From: Cetorhinus maximus
Lineage: Eukaryota
Reading direction: 5' to 3'
Length of the DNA stretch: 64,000 bases
NCBI RefSeq assembly: GCF_964194155.1
Contig: NC_135884.1
Location: forward strand, 34,162,001 to 34,226,000
Shown: positions 46,401 to 57,100 of the stretch, one piece after another
Layout: each line of letters opens with the position of its first letter
Position numbering within the stretch: position 1 is the first letter of the stretch
Made by a program: the position numbers and the translations under genes
Notes under the pieces: model-generated
The model's database searches: none
What the model saw: the letters and a program-made list of their open reading frames with translations, nothing else
Told to the model about the DNA's origin: nothing

Positions 46401-47273
46401 TAATTCTAATGATCCCTGGTCTAGCTATTGTTTACCAAGATATTGGGCAGGAAAAGCTGCACTCTAGATCATGGGGAGCTTGAGATTTGCTAATAGGAGT
46501 GGTCAATGTTGCTGAACCCATGAAAATATTGACAATAAAAGCCCCAAAACATGACATCAACTCTTAATAAGTTTTAAAAAGTAACAAAGTTCCTATATTT
46601 TTTTCCCATCTATTCAAGTTGGTATCCTACTCAGTCAGCAAAGTTGGTTCAGTGATGCACATCTTTATAGTACTGTCAATGCTGCCATTTTACCTCACCC
46701 ACTGAGATGTGCATGAATGACGTGGGAAGAGATCCGTACCCCTAAAGCAGTGAACAGGCCTGCGTATAAACACCAATAAAGAAATAGGTTTCAAATCTGG
46801 ATCTTTTTCAGCACTTTTGCCTTAGTGCTCTGGGGACATGCTTGCTAATAGATGTATTTGGCGTGTCTGCACACGCCAAACATAGATGAATTGGGGCCTT
46901 CAATATAATGGTGCTGTACTATTATGCTATATACTACATTTAAGAGAAAACTTTGTATATAGTTTTACATTTTATTATTATATTAATCAAATGTAATTAG
47001 TACTAGTAATAAATAATAGGTTAAAACAGAATCAAAGTTTTATAGTGAGTATATTAGCATAGAGATAATTTTCACTTTTTGGTATCTCTGCAGATTCAAG
47101 GCTTTAATATTAAGGCAGGACAGTTTGCCTCTGCCAGAGACTGTGCCTCATTCTTCACACCAGCTGTCGTGATGGGCCTTGTAACTTCTCTCATACTCGT
47201 GCTAGTTTTTGCTTATGCAGGGCATATGCTGATCCACTTAAAGAGGATGGAAGAGTACAATGAATCCAAATAA
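19334..47273 (+). CDS. ATP6AP1L: V-ATPase accessory subunit S1 (Ac45) family protein, ATP6AP1L type, 10 exons, 444 aa as assembled
   Basis: Exons 19334-19434, 22102-22237, 30654-30716, 31740-31933, 36023-36063, 37253-37335, 38375-38616, 41210-41260, 42970-43213, 47094-47273 total 1335 nt, all GT-AG and phase-consistent. Motifs VPVIMWSS, PSSIVLPAV, GRQLLQ, SYHCQYISSL, DCASFFTP. Exact paralogue assignment is uncertain. Confidence 0.9.
20348..20475 (+). mobile_element. Short Penelope-like repeat with a degenerate hammerhead motif
   Basis: atgaagagtcatacggactcgatacg...gctgagtttttccag, flanked by agctcc on both sides. Confidence 0.6.
20570..20875 (+). mobile_element. Tandem dimer of the short tRNA-headed SINE (copies B and C)
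   Basis: Units 20570-20716 and 20731-20875; ttgatagggtaccc occurs at 20556-20569, 20717-20730 and 20876-20889. Confidence 0.9.
21635..21768 (-). mobile_element. Short Penelope-like repeat with a degenerate hammerhead motif
   Basis: Minus strand CTGAAGA-A-GAGTC-atacc-GACTG-GAAA-CATT; same family as 3021-3117. Confidence 0.6.
22102..22237 (+). CDS. ATP6AP1L: ATP6AP1-like exon 2
   Basis: ALWQTVNIPHEEHIG...LSTYLSPVFNRGPKKVVLFWQDK. Confidence 0.9.
23319..26100 (+). pseudogene. Harbinger Myb/SANT-like DNA-binding protein, spliced and disrupted
   Basis: Exon 23319-23612 has AP*FSDACLAVLL in one frame, then AWEEVGDAVSA...QCRKRFNDLLRSGR in another. Exon 24215-24371 encodes HNAWERQRTGGG. A long exon starts at 25183; AATAAA at ~26196. 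Confidence 0.8.
26417..27608 (-). pseudogene. Harbinger (HARBI1-like) DDE transposase, frameshifted
   Basis: Motifs spread over several frames: GAIDCTH, NRKGFHSMNVQIVCD, YPGSSHD, GDKGYP, VVERAIGLLKMHFRC, CCTLHNLAL, acidic tail. Confidence 0.9.
30654..30716 (+). CDS. ATP6AP1L: ATP6AP1-like exon 3
   Basis: LNVHDIINLDGKLVHTFSNIQ, phase 0-0, corresponding to the LSIEDF...FSNLE exon of ATP6AP1. Confidence 0.8.
31248..31643. mobile_element. Old MITE with Harbinger-like termini
   Basis: GGGCATGATTTT at the left end and AAAATCAGCCC at the right end. Confidence 0.5.
31740..31933 (+). CDS. ATP6AP1L: ATP6AP1-like exon 4
   Basis: NALDSSPSSIVLPAV...YLQEKLGENPIHVD...LLIVKLPSTD. Confidence 0.92.
32565..33230. 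mobile_element. Harbinger-related terminal fragment truncated at a CR1 copy
   Basis: Begins GGGTAGAATTTTC, similar to the TIR at 23030; GC-rich subterminal region. Confidence 0.5.
33231..34435 (-). mobile_element. CR1 LINE ORF2 reverse-transcriptase fragment
   Basis: ORF 33305-34111: NYRPVSLTS, QHGF, YMDFSNAFDKVPH, GVPQGSVLGP, KFVDDTK. Confidence 0.92.
34832..35277 (-). mobile_element. Near full-length DeuSINE/SacSINE1-like SINE inserted in an L2 3' tail
   Basis: tRNA-like head at 35200-35277, central domain and 3' tail; ctaat flanks both ends and the L2 tail continues on either side. Confidence 0.8.
36023..36063 (+). CDS. ATP6AP1L: ATP6AP1-like exon 5 (41 nt)
   Basis: HAVTPDTKVLADD; phases 2 and 1 exactly bridge exons 4 and 6. 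Confidence 0.85.
37253..37335 (+). CDS. ATP6AP1L: ATP6AP1-like exon 6
   Basis: VIELVINTLKANSVPYTAIFTASRSSQ. Confidence 0.9.
38375..38616 (+). CDS. ATP6AP1L: ATP6AP1-like exon 7
   Basis: VVRHTFNEVMNTGRQLLQ...PCILFIAKK...DLTNRTFG. Confidence 0.92.
39375..40590 (+). mobile_element. Relatively young 5'-truncated CR1 LINE (RT C-terminal half and 3' UTR)
   Basis: ORFs 39405-40160 and 40141-40512 are joined by one frameshift; motifs YMDFQKAFD, VPQGS, FADDTK, FFTQRVV; tail attcagtgattctgtga. Confidence 0.93.
41210..41260 (+). CDS. ATP6AP1L: ATP6AP1-like exon 8
   Basis: LSLNYSDVGNLKQLVI, phase 2-2. Confidence 0.88.
42170..42522 (-). mobile_element. Ancient tRNA-derived SINE (AmnSINE2-like); relatives at ~32150-32420 and ~36460-36775
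   Basis: Minus strand gtggctcag...ctaggtttaatccttggattgtgctgagtt...gcaattgaactca; family name from memory only. Confidence 0.4.
42970..43213 (+). CDS. ATP6AP1L: ATP6AP1-like exon 9
   Basis: FEMSNYYHRTSVQNWFSLD...FNASEIYAP...SYHCQYISSLQK...WHITFVEFQ. Confidence 0.93.
43705..46342 (+). mobile_element. Long degenerate CR1-group LINE (5' region, endonuclease and RT remnants)
   Basis: Remnants LLITTYR, LDIKAAFD, GVPQGSVLGPTIFSCFINDL and FADD; many stops. Confidence 0.85.
47094..47273 (+). CDS. ATP6AP1L: ATP6AP1-like exon 10 (TM helix and cytosolic tail)
   Basis: IQGFNIKAGQFASARDCASFFTPAVVMGLVTSLILVLVFAYAGHMLIHLKRMEEYNESK*. Confidence 0.93.
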   Translation: MQGFNIKAGQFASARDCASFFTPAVVMGLVTSLILVLVFAYAGHMLIHLKRMEEYNESK

Positions 47274-48189
47274 TTGTTTACAACCCTAAGATGGAAGAAC
47301 CTCATTATGTAGAGTAATCACCACTAAGACTGTGCCCAAAATTGCAAATTCTTTAGCCTGCATTTTCTTTACCTTGCTACCTGAAAATCGGGCAATATTT
47401 CGACAGTTGGATGAGGAGAATCATTACACTTTCCAACTCATCAAAATGTGCCACATTTTAGTCATAACACATTTTCTAGTGGGTTAAACCATTGCTGATA
47501 GAAGCATCCACCTTAAACAAGCAGGGACTTTATTTAATATTATGCTGGTAGCAAGTTGGTCTGGTACATCGCTTGCTATAGATCTGGCATGTAGGGTTCC
47601 TAATGTAAAAAATGTTTTCTGAAGTGGGTGATAGATGGCGGTTAGTATCCGAAAGCTCATAAAGAAGGCAGCATAATATAAACATCACTATGTTTTAGCC
47701 ATTTTAAATTAAATTTTCCTGTTGGCACTTAAAAGACTCTCATGATAAGCCTTGTGTCAATCAATTATGTAATTTTACCCCACACGACAACAAAAGGTTT
47801 CCCAATAGGAAATACCTTATATCACATGTCTGGAGGAAAATGAAACCCTACAGAAAGATCTGAGCAGAACAGGCTGTGAGATTTTTTGACCAATTCACTA
47901 CCTAGAAATCAGAAGCTGAAACCCCAAGTATTATTTTTCCTCTGCAGCCCAAACACAAAGAGACAAATAAAGCAATGGAAATATAGAAGCTTAAGTGAGC
48001 CTACTTGATAAAACATTTTCAATCATCATCTGCAAAGAAATATTCAGCTTTTCACAGTAGGCATTTCAGGAAGACCTGGCCTGAGTACACACACTGCTAA
48101 TAATCGCTCATCACTTTTGTGGTCCTGCCAATCGTACAATTAGGAACCAAGAAAGAACAGAAGTTAATGACAAGATCACACAAAATTCC

Positions 48190-48430
48190 CTTCCTGACTC
48201 CCATATTAGCTAAGATTTCTTAACAGCTGTCTCTCCTCAGGCTCTGTCCCTCTCTCCTTCAAATCTGACATCATCACTCCTCTCAGAAAAAGCAAGCCTT
48301 AACTCCTCCATCCTGCAAACTATCACGCCATCTCCAACCTCCCTTTCCCCTCCAAAGTCCTTGAATGTGTTGTTGCCTTCCAAATTCGTGCCCATCTTTC
48401 CCAGAACTCCATGTTTGAATCCCTCCAATC
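48190..48430 (+). mobile_element. L2-clade LINE fragment
   Basis: Matches the sequence on both sides of the Harbinger insertion site (aactccatgtttgaatccctccaatc), so it serves as an empty-site reference. Confidence 0.65.
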
Positions 48431-49779
48431 ATAACAATTGTTCAAATGAGAAGCATTTCAACAGAAAGCTTAAGTTCTTATCTATGTACGTGTAAAAAAA
48501 ATGCAGTACACCTTCACAGTTACTTGTTCTGTAATTGCTTTGCTTTGTAAAATCACCTATAATTCTTTTCATTTAAAAAAATAGAAAGGTAGACAAGTAA
48601 AATCTCTGAAGTGTGCTTTGCCTAACTTCTTTGAAACTGCTTCAAATTGCCCAGTGTTTCACAATGTTTGTGGTTTTACATCATTAATTTTGATATTAGA
48701 AGTATTTAAAAACCTAATATTCCAGTTTTATGTTGCTCCTTTTTGCTACTTCTATAAATATTTAACTGTGACCATATCATAAGTAAATGCAGAATGGAAG
48801 TAATAAAAATAAAATGATGGAACCACATAATATCACACAAACTTCAATAAATTAAAATAGCAAATGCAGGTCACATAGAATTACGGTGATGGAAAGAATA
48901 AATGTTTTATACTTTAATCCGTGAGGCCTCCTTCTACCAGGGCACACTCCAAGGCAAGCGGGAAACCCCTGTAGAGATGTTGGGTCAGTCATTTAACTAT
49001 TTAAATAACCAATTAATTGAACCCTTAACTCAGAATTATAGCTTCACAGTTACTTGTTCCGGAAGCCAGTGCTTCCCGAGCGGTAAAGAACTTGCTAGTG
49101 TCAACAAGGTGAGGGTACAATGGGGAGCCATTGATCAATTAAATTAATAGGCTGGAAAGCTCTTAAATATGATACTGCCGAGCTGCTGCCCTGCCTATGT
49201 GAAAGGTTTGTGTTATTGGGACTTGTTTTGAGAGTGTGTTTTTACTGGTTTGCGGAAAAGAAATTGAAAGTCCAGAGAAAATATCAGAGATTGAAATTGT
49301 TGTGAGAAGATACAATTGAATTAACAGACTATCATCTTGTCTCCTTTCTTCTGTTGTTTCACACTGCAGGGTCTGACAGAACAAGAAACAGTTTGACCCT
49401 TTGTAGTCCCTTTTGCTGCCATGAACAAAAATGCTGCATCTTGATCAGTATCTATTTTACCTATGTTGATTTGCATTTGTTCATTGTTTTCTCTGTATCC
49501 CAGAGATGCACAAATATGTTGTTTTTGCAGTAGAGTACCTCTATTTGTGTGTCTGACCAAATGATCAAATTATGAATACTACTTTTATAATAGAGGTCAC
49601 TTCTTGAAAACTAGTTATGTGAATAAGACCGGAATGATTGTGATTAAGGTACTTGGAGTTATGAGAGTCTGAATGTTGTCAAAATTACAGTATTTTTGTT
49701 TTAATTTAAGATCATGTCCACAAAGAAGTGGGAAATTAAAAAAAAGACTTTTATAAAAAGTGTTTGGTTTGTACTTTTT

Positions 49780-51270
49780 GGGTTAAAGATGTATCATATG
49801 GATTTATTTTGTCTGTAATTTGCATTTTACCACTGTTCAGCTGCTTTGTCAGTTCCCACTGGCAAATGTTTAGCAGAGAGTTCTTGTCAGCATACAGACG
49901 TTTGAGAATTTTGGTGTCTTTCAACTGGACACCAGCAGAATAGGAGGTGTGCAACCTTAAAAGGTTCAAGCAAGTATGCACCAGATTGTTTGGGAGCTGT
50001 CATGATGCTTTCACAGTGTGACAGTCCAATATTCCAGAGCTTTTTCTTACAGAAATTAGACATAAGGGCTAGCTCATAAGAGACATGGTTTAGCTTGGCT
50101 CATGACACCTGTGAGGAACTGCACCAGTGAGGTGCAAGTTCACTACAATAAGAGCAACATAACCATAAGATGTGTCCTAGAGCAAGCCATAGGCATGTTG
50201 AAGACACCCAGAAGGTGCCCAGATAGGTCTGGAGGTTCCCTTGAATACTCGCCAAGGAGGATCTCCAGAATAATGTGTACTGTGTTCTATACAACATTGC
50301 TTAACAGTGCGTATTACAGGTTGAGGAGGCTGAAGGCACACATTGGACATCTTCGAATGAGAACACTGGAGGAAGAGGAACAACCACCTCCCATCATCCC
50401 TCCCTTTTCCAAAAGCAATCTTTCCAACCATCCAATGGCATATCACCCATTGGGTCCCACCGTGTATTGACCTTCATCATAAAATAATTAAAAGGACAAA
50501 CTGGTAGTCAGGATGCAATAATGGGCAAAATGTGGAAGTGTTATTACTCGATAAATTTTGTGATGTTATTAAAAAAAAGTAAATTTAACAACATAACGTT
50601 TTGTAAAATGCCTATTTGCATACCCTTGGTGAATTTTAATTGCTTTAACATAGGTTCCCTACTTCTACATGATGCTTGTGGTGTGGCTTTAGCAGAAATA
50701 AAAGTAGGCTGTTCACATTCTTGCCCTGACTCTGAAAAACTTTTGACCTATGATGTCTGGATTTCAGCACCATTTATGCCTGCCAAAGACTTCACCTGTT
50801 TTGGGGCAGACTCAGTCATTGAAAACTGGTACTGGCTCATGGAGATGAGCCAGAGAGGTACGGGAGCATAATGAGTGAGAAATAGTAGCTCTTTGAAGGG
50901 ACTTGTTTCACATTTTGCCATCATCCCTCGCCTGGGTCAGCACTATATCAGCTTGGAGAAGATCAGTGACACATTAAGGCTACAAATAAGGTATCTGCCA
51001 ACCTATTTAAGGCGATGGATATGTTAGCATATAAAGTCTGCACGGTCCTGGTCACGGCATACATGGACTCATTTAAAAACCATGCTTGAAACTCCATGAA
51101 GGCAGCCATTCTCTTCATGGCATCTACACATCACAGACCTGATTATCATCAGCAATGCCAACTGCTCCTTTGCATCTCCTGTATGTCTTGTCTACTTTCT
51201 GCTGGAATTTGTACCATCCAGAGGGTGTGCTGGAATGTTGTCAATGAAAAAGATTCCTCATCATGCTTCA
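49780..51270. mobile_element. Old Harbinger remnant (transposase C-terminus on plus; probable second-ORF remnant on minus)
   Basis: GSCHDAF, WLMTPVRN, HYNKS...VLEQAIGMLK...DRSGGSLEYSP in and around ORF 50102-50470. Confidence 0.7.
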
Positions 51271-51274
51271 TGCT

Positions 51275-52800
51275 CTAGTAGCCATTTCTGGCATCAAGCT
51301 TGCTGAAAACTTTTGCCCCTGCCAGCGCTGGTGTGAATTCTTCTAGTGCTGGGGTAGGATTGTGATTCATCTTTATTGCTTGATTAAGATCTTTGGGATC
51401 CAGACAAATTCATGGCCATCCACTTGGCTTCTCTCTCACCATGTTGGAATTTACTCAATCTGTAGGCTCTGTGACTCTGACAGTTATTTTCTTTTCTTCC
51501 ATCTCTTGGAAGCTTTACTTTTAGCTCTACTGGTACTTCACATAGGGGTTAATCACTGGTTTCTTCTCTGGATCTATGGTGATGTGATACTCTAAATCTT
51601 CAAAGTGTCCAACCATCAAAACACTCTGGGTATATTTATAAGATTTTTTTGCTTATGATTGGAGGCACTTTTCAATGGGTGTCCTACATTCAAACTTCAT
51701 GGTTTTCTGAGATCAACTGCCGCTCTTCACAACTGCTTGACCTCAGGATAGCAGCACCATCTGTTTCAGTGACACAGAACATGCAGTTAACTTCTTTTTC
51801 TTTGAGTGTCCCTCTGATTTGGGTCGTTCCTGTCAAATTTCAAATCCACCTTATGCCATCAACATGATGTTGCTTGGTTTCAGAAGCATCTTTGGATAGC
51901 CATTTTTGTTTTAGGAAAGATCTTCTGATATAGTCTGAGTGGGAATCAAGTTTCAGGTTTGTGGTAAAAGCAAAATACTGCGGATGCAGATTTGTGGTTG
52001 TGGGCTTATTTCTCACTTTCTCCCTGATCTGAATGGTGTATGATTTTTTTTTCTGGGAACTGTTGCATCATGACATTTCACGTAGGTGTATGATTTCTAT
52101 GTCTGTTGTGTCCTTAAAGCAAAAATATCCACACGCTGCAAGATGACCATGAGTTTATTTCTCATTTGCCCTGTCTCTGTTTACTGCTTTACCATCTTCC
52201 ATATTTGTTCTGCACATCTTTTCACACTGATTGGACTTTCCACAAGCTCTGCAGTTTGATCCATATGCAGGACATTGCTTTCTGTCTGTGAACTCATGTG
52301 GTCATCCACAGCTCTCGCACATCTTTCTCTCCTGTCTACAAGGATGCGGCTGACTATTTCCTCTTCACTGGTGTGTTTTAGAAAGCTATTGAAGGTCAAT
52401 TTGTACTTTTGTTCGAACTCCTCGAATGCCTCCACGACATCATCAGCTTTCCCAATCCAATATGGGTTGGAGCTGTGCACTTACTGCTGCGGCAGCCATT
52501 TCGTTTTCGTGCGATTCGCTCACTGTCTTTCCCTCTGCCACTAATTCGGGTTGACTTTTCTCAATCTAATTCAGCATTCATAGTTTGGGTTTTACTCAGT
52601 GACATGTACCTGCTGCCACATGTTATGGTACCTTGTGGGCCCCCAGGAGTCTGAAATAATGACACTTTTGGTACAGGATACTGGGAGTTTTCATCATCTC
52701 CACATGTCTGGTGGAGTGATACCATGTTAGTTTGGTACACAGACTGAGTGATGTGGCATTCTGGATATACATACACATGACCATATAGTTCCTGAATCAT
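51275..52800 (-). mobile_element. Degenerate Gypsy LTR retrotransposon 5' half (gag, protease, RT start)
   Basis: Minus-strand remnants: PILDW..DDVVEAFEEFEQKYKLTF (gag-like), FCVTETDGAAIL (protease end), VTEPTD*VNS...ICLDPKDLNQAI...FSKLDARNGY* (RT). Confidence 0.8.
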
Positions 52801-52958
52801 TTTGGAATGAACAATATAACCAGAGCGGCCAGCACCATCTGACCCAGTTTTTCACTCCACACAATAGGTTTAATATTTTGATTTATTTCTAATCGGGTGG
52901 CCGATTGGATCCGGATCCGCAGTGAGGTACGTGCCGCTGAGCCGGCTTGTTCGGGTCC

Positions 52959-54155
52959 ATGTGCGGCCTGGTCAGCAGCGCCGCCCGCTCGTTACCCTCA
53001 GCCGGCTCACAGCGGCTTGTAGCCCGCTTCCCCTCGGGGCCGGTGGCCATGCAGACAGCGGTTGTCCGCTGTGTCCCCACTGAGACCAAGTTGACCATCT
53101 CGCTGCGGCTGGGGCCCGGGAACGGAACCCAGCGGCACCTGCAGCGGGAGCAGAGCGAGAGCCTGCGGACCGCGCTCGGCCGCATCGCCCAGAACCTGCT
53201 CAAAGCGCAGGCCAAGCCCGGGAAAGGCCGGAAGGCAGCCCAGGCCCAGGCTCAGGCCTCGGCCCCGCCGGTCGTCCTATACCAGGGAGAGGAGCCGGTG
53301 CCCGGGGACACGAGTAACGCCGAGGCCTGGCAGGATGGAGCCGTCTTACAGGTGGGGGAGGCCCGGTACCGAGTGGAGAGAAACCCGCCCACCTTGACCC
53401 AGCTCCGGTTACCCAGCTCCCTTCTGGCCGGCTTCCCGGTCTGCCCCAAAGTGGAGCTGGAGTTCGGGGAGGCCTCGCACTCTCTGTTCGAGTGGCTGAG
53501 GGAGGCGGACGGGGGCTGGGAGGCGGCGGCTAGCGGCCGAGTCTTCACCCCCAGTAACAGCCACATCGGCCTGAAGCTGAAGCTGAGATGTCAACCGGGC
53601 GACGGGCGGCGCTTCGGGGCCGCGGTGGAGCTGGAAAGCGGCGGCACGGTGGAGGCCGGCCCGGGAGCTTGTACCTGTGACAGCCGCCAGTGGTTCACCC
53701 GCCAGGGCCTGGAGGAGCCGCAGCTCCGGGTGGTTTCCTACAACATCCTGGCCGATGTGTACGCGCAGACCGAGTTCTCCAGGAGTAACCTGTACCCTTA
53801 CTGCCCGCCCTATGCACTGGAGGTCGACTACAGGCAGAACCTCATCAAGAAAGAGCTCAGCGGCTACAATGCCGACATCATCTGCCTCCAGGAGGTGGAT
53901 AAGAATGTGTTCACCAACAGCCTGTCCCCGGCCCTGGATGCTTTCGGCTTTCAGGGAGTGTTTCGGGTCAAGGAGAAGCAACACGAAGGTCTCGCAACTT
54001 TCTTCAGAGCCTCCAAGTACCGGCTGTTAAGTCAGCATGATGTGATCTTTAGCGAGGCTCTCGCTTCAGACCCCTTACACTTCGAGCTTTTGGAGAAGAT
54101 TTCTGCAAATCCCATTGTTAAAGAAAAGGTGTTGCAAAGATCAACCGCTTTCCAG
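52959..54155 (+). CDS. PDE12: PDE12 exon 1, within a CpG island
   Basis: Part of ORF 52947-54185; first ATG at 52959; donor TTCCAG|gtact. Confidence 0.95.
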
Positions 54156-57100
54156 GTACTTCAAAAGATATTTTGGACGCTGTAGCTTTCGAGATTTCAG
54201 TTTTGGGATATAGGCCAGTCTGTGCTGGGAAAATAGTATTTCGATTTTTCCTGGGAGCAAAATATTGGTACAATCAGATTTTAGGTGCAGATTTTTACTC
54301 TAAAGGTTTGAATTAATTAACATTGATGCAGCAAAGTAGAAATTTAGTGTTAATAACATTGAACAGATGCCTGTTGTTAAATAACAATCGCGGTATTATA
54401 ATGTACATTATATTGTGAAGATGAATGCCCATTTGGGAACTTTAAAGAATACACATGATTATCTTCCATTTTCAAAATATTGGGGCAGCAAACTACAGGA
54501 TAATTAAATTCTGAACAGCTGAAATCCCATTCAATACTTTGTGTTCTTTATATTTTTATACAGGAAATTATTAGGGTCTATGATTAAGTATAGAGTAACT
54601 GAACACGCTGAAACTTTTCAGCTGATCCGAGAGAATTTGTGAATGGTAGTCATGCCTAACAAACCTCAATTAATTTTTTAAAAAGTGACTGAAGTAGTGG
54701 CTAAGGGAATGCCTATAGATGTTATTTATATTGACTTTCAGAAGGCATTTGATAAAGTCCCTCATAAGAGACTGTTAGCTAAAGTTGAAGCTCATGGAAT
54801 TGAAGGCAAATTATTGACTTGATTAGGAAATTGACTGTGGCAAGAGACTGAGCTGGGATAATGGTCAAGGACTCTAATTGGTAGGATGTGACTAGTAGTG
54901 TTCCGCAAGGGTCTGCATTGGGACCTTAACTATTCACTATTTATTAATGGCCTAAATGATGGAAAAGAAAACCACGTGTCCAGGTTTGCTGATGACACAA
55001 AGATTAATGTCATTGTGAGCAGTGAAGATGGAAGCATAAAGTTACAAATCGATACTAATAGATTAAGATAGTTTTTGGTCATACAGAACTTGAGTAGTAC
55101 TGGAAAAAGAGACATATCAAACCTTTTTGTCTTGCACTCATCAGGACATACGCGAACATACTAATTGTAAAGGGAACATCAATTTATACTTCATGAGAAG
55201 AGAGTGCTGATTGGTTGGCAAGTGGACTCTGATCGGTCGAGGCGTTGCCTGGAGAAAGCTTCAACATGTGTCTTTTTTCAGTGATACTCAAGATTAAGAA
55301 TGGACAAAACTATGGCAAATGTGAAGTCATCTGCTTTGGACCTGAAAAGGATAGAACAGAGTATTTTCTAAATGGTGGAAAGCTAGAAACAGTGGAGGTG
55401 CAAAGAGACCTGGGGCCCAGATACATAAATCATTAAAATGTCATGAATAGGTATAGAAAGTAATTAAAAAGTCTAGTAAGAACATAAGAAATAACAACTG
55501 GAGTAGGCTATGTGGACCCTTGAGCCTGCTTCCCCACTGAATAAGATCATAGCTGATCTTCAATCTCAATTCCACAATCTCCATGTCCTTTAATTCCACT
55601 AGAGTCCAAAGACCTATCTGTCGGAGCCATGAATATACTCAACGACTGAGCATCCACAGACCCCGGGGTGGAGAATTCCAAAGATTCACAACCGCCTTAG
55701 TAAAAAAAGTTGCTCTTCATCTTAGTCTTGAATGATCAATCCATTATCCTGAGACTGTAACACCTAGTTTTAGACTCTCCAGTTAGGGGGAACAACCTCT
55801 CAGGATCTACCCTGTCAAAGCCCCCTTAGAATCTTATAAGTTGCAACAGGATCACCTCTCATTCTCTTAAACTCCAGAAAGTATAGGTCCAATCTATTCA
55901 ACCTCTTTATAGGACAATCCTGTAACTCCAAGAATCAATCTAGTGAACCTACACTGCACCACCTCCAAGTCAAGTATCCTTCTTTAGATGAGGAGACCAA
56001 AACTGCACAGTACTCCAGGTGTGGTTTCATCAAAGCCCTGTACAATTGTACAAATTTTTGCTTACTCTAGTACCCCACTCCCCTCTTTCTAATTGGTTGC
56101 TGTACCTGCATGCTAACTTTCTGTATTTCTTGTAATGAAATGCTTGCCTTCATATCTAGGGGATTAGAATACAAGTCATGCTGCAGCTGTACAAAGCCCT
56201 GGTTTGACCACACCTGGAGTGCATTAAGCAGTTTTGAACTTCAGACTTAGAAAGGATATATTGGCCTTGGACAGAATGGAGCATTGACTTACCAGAATGG
56301 TACCTGCACTCAAAGGATCAAATTACCAAGAGAGATTACACAAACTAGGGTTGTATTCATTGGAATTTAGAAGGTTATAGGATGATTTGATCAAAATTTT
56401 CAAGATATTAAGGGGAGCTGACAGGGTAGGTATAGAGAAGTTGTTCACATTGGTGAGGAACCCAGCACTGAGGGCATAATTTTCAGGCATGAAGTTATGA
56501 AACGTTTTTACGTGCAAAGCATAATGAAAGTTTGGAACTCTTCTTTTGCAATTGATGCTAAGTTTATTTTCAATCTGTGATTGATAGATTTTTGTTCACC
56601 AAAGGTATTAAAGGATATAGGGCAAAGACAGATATGTGGAAGTAGGTTGCCAACCACCAGGATCTTGTTTAATGGCAAACAGGCTCGAGAAGCTAAATGG
56701 CCTGCTCCTGTTTCTGTGTTGTTTAAGAAATCCAGTGTTTACTGTACATTATTGATTTTAAACACTGCTACTTTTATTTAGGTTTGTGTACTTCAGTCTC
56801 TAAAAGATTCATCAAAGAAGTTGTGTGTTGGTAATACTCATCTTTATTGGCACCCCAAAGGTAAATTTTACATCTATAAAATTATCTGGCATTTCCTTTC
56901 TTTTCCCCTCTCCCCTTTTTTGGATATGCATCTCACGTCTGCTTGGCATGAACTTGCCCATTAACAATTGTCCAATTAACTAATTGTGAGGCTGACTTAC
57001 TGCTCCAAGATGGATTGTGTTATAGTTGAAGACCTAAATCCTGTTTGAAATCTGTGTTATCTGAAATAGCTATCTTTTTATCAGTATTATCACTCGATTT

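Noticed and set aside
52181-52800. Two minus-strand ORFs suggesting a novel gene divergent from PDE12
   Set aside because: The 52181-52480 ORF is a frameshifted Gypsy gag remnant collinear with protease and RT remnants; the other has no recognisable homology.
53252-54030. Overlapping 104-191-aa ORFs in other frames of PDE12 exon 1
   Set aside because: Expected by-products of high GC content; no recognisable domains.
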